Under the pieces are notes generated by a model. It had not been told where the DNA came from and made no database searches. It saw only the letters and a program-made list of their open reading frames with translations. The translations under genes were made by a program, and so were the position numbers. A stretch of DNA of 64,000 nucleotides from Lingula anatina (lineage: Eukaryota > Animalia > Brachiopoda), in the NCBI GenBank assembly GCA_051362555.1, contig CM120645.1:23712934-23776933 (forward strand), read 5' to 3'. The first letter of the stretch is position 1, and every line of letters starts with the position of its first letter. Shown piece by piece: positions 49,361-61,917 of this stretch.

Positions 49361-50837
49361 CTCCTATCTGCAATGTGTGCTGCATTAATATATTTTAATG
49401 ATAGTAACCCAGTAGATAAAAGTACAATGATACAACTACATGTGTATTTAGATTTTGCTCTAACACGTCATGAATTAAGGTTGCAAACTGCATCTCAAAG
49501 GGACCGTGTTTAAAGATACAATAATTGAATCAGTCTCGCTTTCGCAATGTTCCCTTAGCTACAGTACATGTACCTACTATTTTTATGTCTCATTCCAATA
49601 TCTAAATAAATGTCTAACTGAACAACAATTATGGGAAGATTTAAAGCTATTGGTTGTAATATGTCATTTCACACCTTTAAAGTACTGGTGTATACTACAG
49701 TCTGTCACAGTGGATAAAGTTTGATTTTGGACAATACGAATCCTTTATACATACTGGCCACGTAATGTAAAAATAACAAAGTGGAAGCAGGTACACGACG
49801 TGCAATGTAACCAAGTAAACGTAACAAATTATTAGGAAATCAAGTGACGTCAAATAGCAATTATTTCATGTCAAAACTTACTTGAAATTAAGGTTAACAC
49901 CAGCGATGTCTATCAGTGGAAATCTCCCACCTTAATGTCAAACAGAAGCGCACCTCTTTTTCAAGGACGTTAATTACGATAGCTACAAGCGATTGTCATT
50001 AGCAGACATACGGGTATTTTCGCGTACGTGAAAGAGAACGGAATCCCTTCTACAGCTCGCCTATGAAAAATGTGAAAAGTAGACAACAGTCTCTTACTTG
50101 AAAGAGGGACTTTCTTGCTGATATTAAAAATCTGCCCTGTTGAAATTATGCGAAAACAGGGGCAAAATATATAGGAAATTGTGAAAAACATTGGTAAGGT
50201 TACGTTAAGAGGTTATCAATGTCTACATGACACGTATCTTACCCCAATAACATTCTACTAGTACTTTATAGAAGTAAAAGCCGATGGAATTTTTTGAACT
50301 GAAGATTTCACTTGAAGATTTGAGATTATTTGTAGCTTAATCGTATCGCGTGCGTCAACAGAATGAATCAAGCAAAATGGGTCCAGGCAGTGATGCCCCA
50401 TGGTATAAGTAGCAACATGTGCCTCATTGGAGACTACCCATCTAGGGTACAATTGAGCATGTGCAGAATGTGCATGTGCATAAATAAGCTCTGGAGATTG
50501 TTGTCGCCATAAAATGTCGTTTGACTACGCCAAACTAATTTGGCAAGGTCAGTTTATTCCAACTAGTCACAGAATAGCATAACCGTAGAATCGATTTAGA
50601 CGTGAATTCGACCTATATTTGCATAACCCTCCTGTTCATCTCCTTGCGCTTCCCTACCCGCATGACTTTATTAGGCTGTCGTTTCATTAAAAATTTGCTA
50701 TGTTTTTCTTAACATTTGCCATTTTGCGCCGGCATAAAATTATTCCAGGAAAACTAGCTGCCAGGCAGCCAAGCTTGACTTGTTTTTCTTACTACCTGTA
50801 TAAGCTTGTAGATTTGTTCGTCTAGTTTGCATTCTGA

Positions 50838-51323
50838 TGTCACAAGTTTATATATGAGGTTGCGTATGTATGGTTGTGTTAGTGCAGAGTAGTGTGTTCG
50901 TGCCTTTTCGTTTGTGTTCGTGCGTCTCCGTTTCTTTATATAACACGCCCCTCTTCCTTACGCGGTGCATTCATTTCTCGTTTCTGCCCCGTCAACTTAC
51001 AGGTGAGATAGACTTGATTGGTTTGATTTTCATTTTCTTTGTGTTAAGATTTTGTATTCCTTTAAGTAATTTTGTTTGATATTTTCAGTGCTTGTCATTT
51101 CTTTTCATCCTTATTTGGTTTAGAAGTTTAGTTTAATCACAGTAACAAGTATCTTTAGTTCATGAATGTTGTTCACGTAAATTTTGCTATGTTAGTTCAG
51201 TTCTGCATTAAGTCCATTTTATTTATTTGTAAAGTATTAATTAGACATTCGTTTCTCGTTTCTGCCACGTCAACGTACAGAGTAAACTCGGGTTCTTTAT
51301 AAAGTACAGTGAAAGCTGTTACA
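50838..51323. mobile_element. Solo LTR (486 bp), probably Gypsy-type
   Basis: TGTCAC...GTTACA termini; 4-bp TSD ctga/ctaa (one mismatch); empty site gcatcctaattac near 28285; AGTAAA near the 3' end. Confidence 0.7.
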
Positions 51324-51568
51324 CTAATTAGTGGACTCCTCTGTGTAAGGAATACGATTCCTCCACTGGATATTCCATGCTCTTCCTTATAGTAGTATGT
51401 AACTGCTTTCCAACTTCGGTTTTGGCCCAAGCTTCAGGTTTTGTAGTAAAAGCTCTCTACTCAAGCTAACTGAAAGGCTTTTATTTGAAGAGCGCTCTCC
51501 AGGTTGCTTTCTTCCCAGGTTTGAGCTGTTCTGTGTGTCAAATCTTGAGAAGTATAGGGGTTTAGGAT

Positions 51569-51791
51569 CATTTAACGTTCACCTACGCTTCGCAATCTAT
51601 TCTATAACATTTGATGTATTTTTTTTTAGACTTCTAATGTTGTTTTGTAGCGAATGTAAATGTTTTTGGGAAGTCCTTCAGAATGTCCTAGAACAGATTT
51701 AGAACATTTTTATTAAAAGAGAAAAACATTATGTTCTAGGACAGATTGAGAACCGCAAGTGAGCGTTAAATTAGACAAATTTTCGAAGGGG
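51569..51791. mobile_element. MITE, left-truncated copy of the 28549-28801 element
   Basis: Same internal sequence and right TIR at the homologous position of the unit. Confidence 0.7.
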
Positions 51792-52080
51792 AGATTCCTG
51801 AATTTAGTAATTTAGGAAATTTAAATTTTAAAAAGTGTCACGTGATATGATATTCTGTTAAGAATCGGAGATGGTTTAGAATTAAGTGTTACATGGAAAT
51901 AATTCTAATGTTGCGGTTTTGGAAGTGTCTGAAGTGAATTTTCATGTGGAGTTACAAGAACAGAAATGCACTTCATTTATCAACTTATTTTTGTTTTATG
52001 AAAAAATAAGTTAATAACTTTGAAAGATTTATCCTATGGAAAAAAAAAAGAAATAATCACACAACATTTCACTTTTTTAG

Positions 52081-52266
52081 GGTAACAGTCAAGTCTTAAT
52101 CCACAAGATAAAACACAAGCACACCTTGGCTCGGAACTATTTCTCTCGTCTGCCAGGAATGACGGAGTACATGCACCAGAAGTCGAAAACAGCTCTAGCC
52201 AATCAGGACCACTCGTCTCCGTGCATAGCGGGAAAAGCAGTTCCAAAACAGATGATAAAAGCTTGA
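52081..52266 (+). other. Duplicate of the IQUB terminal coding exon (intact frame, acceptor and stop)
   Basis: 186 nt with 16 differences from 1862-2047 by my count; acceptor cacttttttag; [34 protein letters not shown]...QMIKA*. Confidence 0.9.
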
Positions 52267-52805
52267 ACTACAAATCATTTATTATTTCAGTAGGGGGAAT
52301 GGTTTGTTGGTTTGGGCTTATGGATAAAGAATGTTTTCATTGAACTTATTGTGGGAGTGTCACAATAAATTATTCCGCACCAATCGGACAAATTATACTA
52401 CGTTAGAGCTATCAAAATATGTTACAAATACATTACCGGCATATTTTTATGAAACAAACAAAAACACGGGGATTGATATGGCAAGTTCAACGATGCCCAT
52501 GCGATATTATCTAGTTCCGTTGGGATCGGGTATATAATTATATATAAATGAGAATATTTTGAATACAGTTATGCTAAACGATTTGCAAAAATAAATTGTG
52601 CGATTTGTATATAAATACTTGTAAGCAAATTGTATTGTATCTGATCTTTGAGTGTTGGTTTTATATATTTTGATTTGATACGCCAGTATAAAAGTAACAG
52701 AAACCGCGACGCCAAAAAAGGTTAGGACAATTGCAATACTTAGTATTAAACATCGACTCAGTTATTAAAAGAGCATACCACGTGCCCCCCGCCCCCCCAA
52801 AAAAG

Positions 52806-52837
<32 letters not shown>

Positions 52838-53543
52838 ATAATAATAAATAAATAAATAAATAAATATAAAAGAAGCTCGAGCTTACGTAAGAGTATCATA
52901 GGCGCACGTGTCTAATGGGGCGACGTTACCAGCTCATTAACAATCTACAGTGGATTTGGGCAGATGTCATTTTAACGGGACATATAATTACCATCCTTAC
53001 AATACATGCTGCCAAGCAATATAAAAAGGCAATATCGAAATACTGAAAAATAATTTGGAAGTAGTGTGATATTCTGTTTTTACTATGACATTCTTTGAAA
53101 TGAAAACATCACAGTGCTATCACGCAAAATTTTAAAATCACCACATGTTTCATCCTTTACCCAACCGCAACTGAAATGGAAAAAAAGTAAACGAAATCAA
53201 ACATGTCTATAGTTTATATTTCCCGACCTACGATCCCGATATTACACAAGGTTCATGACCATGCAGATAAATCGACTTGCAGAACTGCAATTGTTTTTTC
53301 GTTTTAAATGTTATTATTCAATAATCTGACACATTACTGAGTGTAACTTTAATATAGGTAGCTTGCGCTATTTGTCTTATTGGTTATTTAACATGGGGTC
53401 ACCCAGCTGAAACATAATTTTACCTGACATACCGCAGTAGTAATTATTCTAATACATATGTAAGCATATATTGCAGGCCTACCTATATCCCATTTAATGT
53501 ATGGTAAAACTTACCATTCATGATAAAGATTGGGGGTAGCTAT

Positions 53544-53952
53544 TTACTCCAGCTGAGGGTCGGCCTTTTTCAATATCTGCAATTGATTGCATATTGTACG
53601 AATATGAATAGAATTTCCTGGAATACCCTTCACTACAAATGATTATACCCATTTAATTACGAGTTATTCATCATCGAAGACGTTCGGCGTCCTAGCATTC
53701 AGATGACACTTCAGCTGGCAAAAAATGACTGATGATTATTAGGAGAAAAAATTATCTGAAATTTCTTCTAAAATGTTTTTTTTTACATTGAGATTATTTC
53801 TTTAAGTGAGGTATATCTTATATCTTATTCCTGCATTGTACTGCAGATGCTTTAAAGAACTGATAAGCCTAAACACGTTTTACTAGTCGCAATATGAACT
53901 AACTCAAATAAAATTGTTAAAGTATGCGTAATAATAAATATAATAATAATAA

Positions 53953-53984
<32 letters not shown>

Positions 53985-55058
53985 AGAAGAATGAAAGCAT
54001 CATTATAATCGAACACTACCTTTACACATTCCTCAATACATTCCTCGATGCTTAGGAATTCATCATCTGGATAAAAAAACATTTACGTACATCACTTTGT
54101 GCCGTTCCCTGAATCAACACGGAACATAATTGGCTCCGTTTAAGTATAAATAATTTTTGAAATTTAATCTTAACTCAAAGGAATAAAATATGCTTACCAT
54201 CGATATCTATTGAGAGCATCCTGTCTATATCGGCCGCGGTCAAAACACCATCGTTATTGAAATCAAATAGTTTGACGATCGCATGGATCCACTTTGGTTT
54301 TAGCACAGAACTAGTTTTCATGAAATATCTCTCATATTCACTTGGCGTGACTTCATCATTATCTGAAAACACCGAAAAAGCGACAGGCATTGTCAATTAT
54401 ACGTTTCTGTCTCGCGTCATTTTATGATCTGTATACTTGGATGTACTTTTTAGTATATTAGACGGTACAATGATGTTAAGACAACCATAAACTACTTTTT
54501 ATGAAATATTTAGCATATTTTATGTTGCTTTCAACCGTCAGCAACATTAGGTAACCGTAGTAAACCTACGATCGGTGTCAGCGGCATTTAAAAATGCAGC
54601 CCATTCCAATTTGCCGATCACTCCGTCGTTGTCGAAGTCGACGATATCGCAAAACAACACCCCTATTTCCTTTGCAGTGAGAGGTGGCTTTTTGGCATCC
54701 GTACGACCACAATAACTGCAACAATGTAAAACAGCTCTGTTGAAAAGTATCACTGATTGCGTAATGTGTTATTCATAAAGCATGGAAAGTCAAAAGAAAA
54801 AATATGAAACTGACAAAAACCAATGCAACACGACAATTTTTGTGTATGACTGCTGGTTGACGTTTTAAATCGCCGACTAAATGTCATAGAGTGTTGGAAA
54901 CAATTAATTGCATTTGCTTTCACAAGTGTACTGAACAATGATTAACAATATATATATACAGTATATTAATATATATATATATATATATATACATATGCTC
55001 ACGTGTTTGTCGCCATGGAGATAAGACACAGGCCCACGATCATCAAGTGGAACATCAT
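53544..55058 (-). CDS. Secreted four-EF-hand protein, copy 8 (148 aa); exons 55003-55058, 54570-54715, 54198-54362, 54020-54066, 53544-53576
   Basis: MMFHLMIVGLCLISMATNT...DFDNDGVIGKLE...DTDHNDEVTPSE...DFNNDGVLTAAD...DIDDDEFLSIEECIEECVKILKKADPQLE*; closest to copy 1. Confidence 0.9.
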
Positions 55059-56269
55059 TTTGTATTTGTGGAACTTTTATAGAAATTAGAAATCAGCTCA
55101 ACACAATAAGGCAAACAAATCATTGCTAAGGATGATAAAAATTGAATGATTTACACACACACACACACACGGAGAGAGATTTATCACTTTTTGTAATCAT
55201 ATTTTTAGGAAAAGTAGAACTGGCAAATATATCATGAATTTCATTTTTCATTTCCCCGTTTTCTTCGAATGGACCTATATTTTGAAAACAGTGTAAACAA
55301 ATGTAATTAGAAAAAAAAAAAGTAATTGAGCAACTGATATCATATAGAAAAAACCATTTTAAAACTTACTTGATATGATTGTTTACACCTGCAATGTCTA
55401 TCAGCAGAGATCTCCTATTATAATGACAAACAGAAGCGCTTCAGGTAGGTTAATTGCGACAGACACGTCATCAGCAGACATACGGGTACTTCCAAAGTAT
55501 TCAGTGACGGGTGAAATCAAATCAGAACCTCTTCAACAGCTCTCCTTTGCAAAATTTGTCAGGCAGACAAGAGTGTCCGATTTGGCAGAGGTAGGTCAGT
55601 TCAGATTAAACGCGACTTTTTTATATCCATATATTTGTTTAAATCATACAAAAAGGGGGTCAAAATATTAATGAGAAATTGTGGAAACCATCGGTAAGGT
55701 TTCGTCAGGAAATTATAAATGTTTGCCCCGACAGCAGCTACCGGCATCACTTTTACATGCTAAGAAATACCATGAAGACAAAGGATGATAAATAAAGGAC
55801 AAATCAGAAACAAACAAAATGCAGTAGTTTCACATACCGGTATTTTATATTTTTGTCACAATAACCTTCTAAATGTTACAGGAAACAGAGGAAAGGTACA
55901 TTGTATATACCTACCAACAATACACGTTTTTCTCTTATCATTTTGATATAGTTTCAAGGATGAGAACTTCATATACTCATATTGTAAAATTAAATTTAAA
56001 AGCTAGTTTCATAAGGTTGTAGCAAAAATGGTGTATTTTGTCACACGTTTCGATCAACAAATATAATATGTTCGTGTTTTCGCATCCATATCATACCCGT
56101 ATCTTACCCCAGTAGCATTCTACTAGTACGTATTCGCAATGAATCAATTTACCGACTATGGATCCAAAAACATCTTGGGACTGGTTATTCATAATAAGGA
56201 ATGAATCAGGAGTGGAGAGAAAAGCCGCACAATGTCTTCTAATAATCACACAACATTTCACTTATTTAG

Positions 56270-56455
56270 GGATACAGTCAAGTCTTTATCCACAAGGTTA
56301 AGCACAAGCACACCTTGGCTCGGAACTACTTCTCTCGTCTGCCAGGAATGGCGGAGTACATGCACCAGAAGTCTAAAACAACTCTAACCAACCAAGACCA
56401 GTCTTCTCCGTCCATAGCGGGAAAAGCAGTACCAAAACAGATGATAAAAGCTTAA
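56270..56455 (+). other. Duplicate of the IQUB terminal coding exon (intact frame, acceptor and stop)
   Basis: 186 nt with 7 differences from 1862-2047 by my count; acceptor cacttatttag; [31 protein letters not shown]...QMIKA*. Confidence 0.9.
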
Positions 56456-57534
56456 AATACCAGTCATTTATTATTTTAGAAAGGGACAGTGATGTTGATT
56501 TGGGCTTGTGGATAAAGAATGTTTTCATGGAACTTATTGTCGGGGTATCATGATAAATTATTCCGCGCCAATCGGGCAAATTATACTACGCTACAGTCAT
56601 CAAAATGTGTTGCAAAAACATTACCGGCATATTTTTTATAAAACAAACAAAAACACGTGGATTGATATGGCAAAAACGATGCCTATGTAATATAATCTAG
56701 TTCAGCTGGGATCGGGTATATAATTATATATAAATGCGAATATTTTGAATACGGTTATGCCAAACGATTTTAAAAATAAGTTGTGATTTGCATATAAATG
56801 CTTGTAAATTATATTGTATCTTATCTTTGAGTGTTGGTTTTATATATTTTGATTTGATACGCCAGTTTAAAAGTAATAGAAACCGCGACGCCAAAAAGGG
56901 TGGGACAATTGCAATACTTACCAATATAAATCGACTCAATTATAAAAAGAACATGCCACGTAATCCCCCCCCCCAAAAAAAAAATAAATAAATAAATAAA
57001 GAGACTCGAGCTTACGTGATAGTTCCAGAGCTTACGTGTCTAAAGGGATAGAGTTACCAGCTTATTAGTTGATTTTTGGCAGATGTCATTTTAACGGGGC
57101 ATATGATTACTATCTTTGCAATATTTGTTGCCAGGCGATATAAAAAAAGGCAGTATTGAAATACTAAAAAATCATATGGAAGTAGTGTGACATTCTATTT
57201 TTACTATGACATTTTTTGAAGTGAAAACACCACAGGAGAATCACACAAAATTTTAAAATCACCAAAATGAAATTCTTTCACATGTTTCATCCTTTAACCA
57301 ACCCCAACTGAAATGGAAAAAATGTAAACGGAATCAAACATGTTTCAGTTTATATTTCCCGACCGACGATCCCGACATTACTACAGTTTTTCTCTCTCAA
57401 AAAGTTAACAATCAATGATCTTCTGACATATTGATTAGCATTACTTTAAAATTAATTAATTCAAGCGAACCTCAGACCGGCGACAGGCAGAGAGAAAGAG
57501 AGAGAGAGGTTTAAGCATGATCACTAGAACCTAC

Positions 57535-57596
57535 GTGTTTGTCACCATGGAGACAACAGACAAGGTCACTGTACATGTCATCAAGTGGAACTTCAT
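57535..57596 (-). pseudogene. EF-hand gene remnant: signal-peptide exon only
   Basis: MKFHLMTCTVTLSVVSMVTNT (6-nt insertion). All EF-hand exons are deleted (junction near 57455) and exon 1 is deleted (junction near 58090). Confidence 0.8.
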
Positions 57597-58523
57597 CTTC
57601 TATCTGCAATGTGTGCTACTTTTACATAATTTATTCATAGTAATCCAGTAAATGAAAGTACAGTGAGACAACTACATGTAAATGCGTATTATTACTCTAA
57701 CACGTCATGGATTAAGGTCGCAAATTGCACCTCAAAGGGATCATGCGTAAAGATAAATTATCGAATCAGTCTCGCTTTAGCAATACTCTTTTAGCTACAC
57801 GTACCTACTATTTTTCTGTCTAATTCTAAAATATAAATAAATGTCTAACTGAACAACAATTATGGGAAGATTTAAAGCTATTGGTTATAATGTCATTTCG
57901 CACCTTTAGGGTACTGGCATATTACAGTCTGTCAAAATGGAAAAGTTTGACTTTGGACAATGCGAATACTTTATACATACATAAGTAATTAAGTGAAAGC
58001 AGATAACGTATGGTGTAACCTGGTCTGCTTTATCACAAACGATAAAAACCCCGAATTATCTTTTTTTATGAAAATTAGTCGAAGCATTATTCTCTTTCAA
58101 GGGAGTTTATTGTGATAGCTATGCGATAGTCACGTCATCAGCAGACATACGGGTATTTTCGAAGTACGGGTGAAATTAAATCGTAACCCTTCTACAGCTC
58201 TCCTATCATTTCTCCTATGATAATGTACGTGTGTAAGGTTGACATGAGTGTTTGCCTTGAAAAAGGGAGATCAACTTTGATTCAAAGTGAAAATTTCCCT
58301 GATGCTATATGCCAAAAAAACCTGTTTTAATCACAAAAACATATACAGGAAGTAATGAAATCTATCGGTTGAGATCACGTAGGGAAGCCATTAATGTCTG
58401 CCTCGACGGCTGCTGGCATCGCTTTCACATGTTAATAAATACCTTGAACACAAAAGGACTGGATAATGAGAAAATCATGAACAATCAAAACGCAGTAGTT
58501 TCATATACCAGTGTTACACATCA

Positions 58524-58842
58524 TCGTTTGTGATAAAGCAGACCAGGTCACACTACACGTTGTGTACCTGCTTCCTCTAAGTTACTTACACATTACGTGG
58601 CCAGTATGTTTAAAGGATTCGTATTGATCTAAGTCAAACTTTTTCCATTTTGACAAACTGTAATATACCAGCACCCTAAAGGTGTGAAATGACATTATGA
58701 CCAATAGCTTTAAATCTTCCCATAATTGTTGTTCAGTTAGACATTTATTTAGATTTTAGAATCAGACAGAATAATAGTAGGTACATGTAGCTAAAAGTGC
58801 ATTGCTGAAGCGAGACTTATTCGATAATTGTATCTTTAAGCA
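58524..58842 (+). repeat. Inverted copy of EF-hand intron-1 sequence
   Basis: Reverse complement of the segment seen at about 57750-58043 and 32360-32675; sits at the truncation point of the NXPE fragment. Confidence 0.85.
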
Positions 58843-58845
58843 TTG

Positions 58846-59052
58846 TCTATATTCAATAATCAGATCGTGTTTAAATTGACCCACATCTTGTTCCCTGGTT
58901 TTCCTTGAAGGCGGGGGCTTTTGCAATAAGCTCTGGATAGTAATCCGTCTGTTGGGAGATTCCGACCAAATCAGTGAAATATATATCAAAATGCTAACGA
59001 TTGCAAGCCCAACACGACGAAATGTACGTCGAGTTAAAACTTCCTTTCCCAT
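58846..59052 (-). pseudogene. 3'-truncated NXPE-like gene fragment (signal anchor and stem only)
   Basis: MGKEVLTRRTFRRVGLAIVSILIYISLIWSESPNRRITIQSLLQKPPPSRKTREQDVGQFKHDLIIEYR, then runs into the inverted intron segment (ORF ends at 58762). Confidence 0.85.
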
Positions 59053-59164
59053 CTTTTGGGAATTGTGGCGTTTGTCAGTGTTGTCGACGCGGCTATGCGT
59101 TCATGTCATTTATATGTTGCATGTGATGTAGTTGTAGTATCTCACTGCTCAATTAGAGTTCTTA

Positions 59165-59415
59165 GAGACCATTCACAGACCCTATCGTACTAACTTTGGA
59201 TCGAGCTATCTCCAAGGGGATTCTCGCTTAATTGCAATTAAACGGATTAGATGTCTGTCACGCCTACTGAAGCTGATAGGGGTCATTAGCTATTGTTTAA
59301 CAGCTTTAGTGGGCGTCCCAGACATCTATGCCACTGAAGCTGGAAGCAATTTAGTGAGAAACCCTGTGGAGATGGACCGATTCTGTTAGATCGATCTGGC
59401 GATGGGAACCCAGTC
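59165..59415. mobile_element. PIF/Harbinger-like MITE upstream of the NXPE fragment
   Basis: TTA TSD on both sides; empty site gttcttagttcgcg at about 46436; internal similarity to 17506-18016. Confidence 0.7.
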
Positions 59416-60225
59416 TTAGTTTGCGTGATAGGGTGTGTCCGTGCGAGCCACAGCTTCGTATTGGTCAGTACACTGAATACTGTTCACGATGCTTTTCTAT
59501 TGTGTGGTTTGCGTAGTTTTCAGAATGATGACTTCCTGTTTTTTGCCATATGACGTCACCCACCGGTTGTCTTTTTGTCTTTCTTGGAAAAGACTGGGAA
59601 ATGTATCCATGGAGACACCCCAAAACTTCTGATTCATATAGAACATGTAAACTATCTGTTGTAGCAAAAATAAAGACGTGAAAGGAATTCGTAACGTGTT
59701 TGAAAAGTCGACATCCACCGTATATCATGACAATTCCATAACCGCGTGTCCTCATATTTATTTGAATACATTAAAATATGGGAATTACTTTTAACAGAAG
59801 TTGTTTTCGACCGGTACAAAACTATCCTGGTGATAGGCGTAAGTATTTTACTGAGATATACTGTTTATCTATGAGGTTTATTTCAAATGGATATAATAAG
59901 GACCTTTCAGCCACCACGCTAGTTTTTATTTTGAAATAATTAGAGAATTGTGGTATTCACCAAAAATTCTCAACATTACTGATGATCCATAATTATATTT
60001 TTTCGCCATGATTTCTTCTTTAAAACTGGAACTGAAAAGGAAAAAATATTAAATGAAACTAGTATGTTTAACTTTGGGAGTTCAGTCTAATACTATATAT
60101 TTTACGTAATTTAATGCATATGTAAATATTTCACCAGCTATCTATCTATGTACTTGTACATATGCCAAGTACAGGTGTCACATATTCACCACTTACCGCT
60201 TATGGCAAATATTGCGGGTAGTTGT

Positions 60226-61799
60226 TTACTCCAGCGTGGGGTCGTACTTTTTCAAAAGCTTAAAAAGAAACAATATTGTAGAAATTTTCCGAAATACTGT
60301 TCATTACAAATATAAACCAATTTTTATAAGCGTGTAATATCACTGTAGACTTTAGGTTTCTATGAACTAAACCGGTTTCAAACACTCTGACCTAATTGCA
60401 GCCAAGTCAAACGCGCTTGCTGTCAGAAAAAATGAACGGTGATTGTTTAGACAAAATTATCTTAAACTTCCTTTCAAGTATTTCTTTTCGATTAAGTCGG
60501 GTATTTAATCCTTTCTATAGATTGTTTCAAGAGGTAACAAAATCTTTTTTACAACTAGAGGTACACATATCTAACTAAAACGATTCAAACAGTTAAAAAG
60601 AGCGATTGTTTTCATAGTAATAATGATATACAAAATAACCAACCATACCTTTTCACATAATTCAATACATTCATCATTGTCTGTTTGCCCATTTCCTGAA
60701 TAAAATAATCAGCTGCCATTATATGCGCATTGCCATGACGTATACACATGCATTTACCTCATCCGCCCCACTCTCCTTCTAAACCGACGAAACTTCGCTT
60801 TATTTTACACTAAGACGCCAGATTTGTTACGGATGATCCCTTTTACGAGCATTGTCATTACGAACACTTAAGAACATTTTCGATCGACGGATAATGATTT
60901 TACTGTATTGGTTTTTTTCAGGCAAAGAGTGCGTTCTTCTTCAGTTGTTTGAGAAACGGGACCATGTTAGACATGAGAAACACTCACCATTGTTATCTAG
61001 TTTCCCAAATTTAAACATATCATCTTCTGTCAATACTCCATTTTTATCTAAATCACCCGCTTGAAATAGTGCGCTAGACCACAGTGGGCGAATTCTGCTA
61101 TCCAGTTTGACCATATATCTCAGCAACTCACTGTGCGTGACTTCATCATTGTCTAAAAACCCAAAGAATAATGGGTATTGGCAATAATCTAAATTTCACA
61201 TTCAATCGATTCACGAAATTATTATTTCAGATCACGCAACATTGAATGAGTTTACATGTTCATCTTGTGCAATGCTTATTTTTTGGTATTAAAATTAAGG
61301 TACAAATTCAAGCTGAAGTTACGCTTCTTTTAACTATTGCAGACAAAACATGCTAAAACTTACGGTCAAAGTCCATGTTAGCCAGTAACCCAATCCATTC
61401 CAGTTTAGTCATGATGCCATCGTTATTGGTGTCCGTGGCATTGCAGATTAACTCTCCAATCTCTCTCGCTGTAAGCAGAGGCTTTGCGTCATTTACAGGA
61501 GCACAATTACTAAAACAATGTCAAATAAAATTCCAATAATTTCTCTGAAGGGTGCTTGCAATTATTGTGCTGTGACGTGAAGACAAAAGAAATATCCATA
61601 TCAGCAGAAATAGCATATGAGTTTTAATTAATTATACACTGTTATAAGATGTAATGTATATAACATGTATTTATGTTATAAGACAGATTCATCCTAATTA
61701 TAAATGTTTACAGCTCATCGATTATTAAGTAATCCTGCGTCATTGATCAAATGCCTAAAGCAGTTAAAAACGGATTCCAGTGGAGCCCAGACCGACAAC

Positions 61800-61839
<40 letters not shown>

Positions 61840-61917
61840 AAGCATGATCCCTAGTACTTACATGTTTGTCACCATGGAGACAACAGACAAGGTCACTGTC
61901 ATCATGTGGAACTTCAT
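60226..61917 (-). CDS. Secreted four-EF-hand protein, copy 9 (148 aa); exons 61862-61917, 61364-61509, 60988-61152, 60649-60695, 60226-60258
   Basis: MKFHMMTVTLSVVSMVTNI...CNATDTNNDGIMTKLE...DFDHNDEVTHSE...DLDKNGVLTEDD...DNNGNGQTDNDECIELCEKLLKKYDPTLE*. Frame intact, but exon 1 and intron 1 are deleted. Confidence 0.8.
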
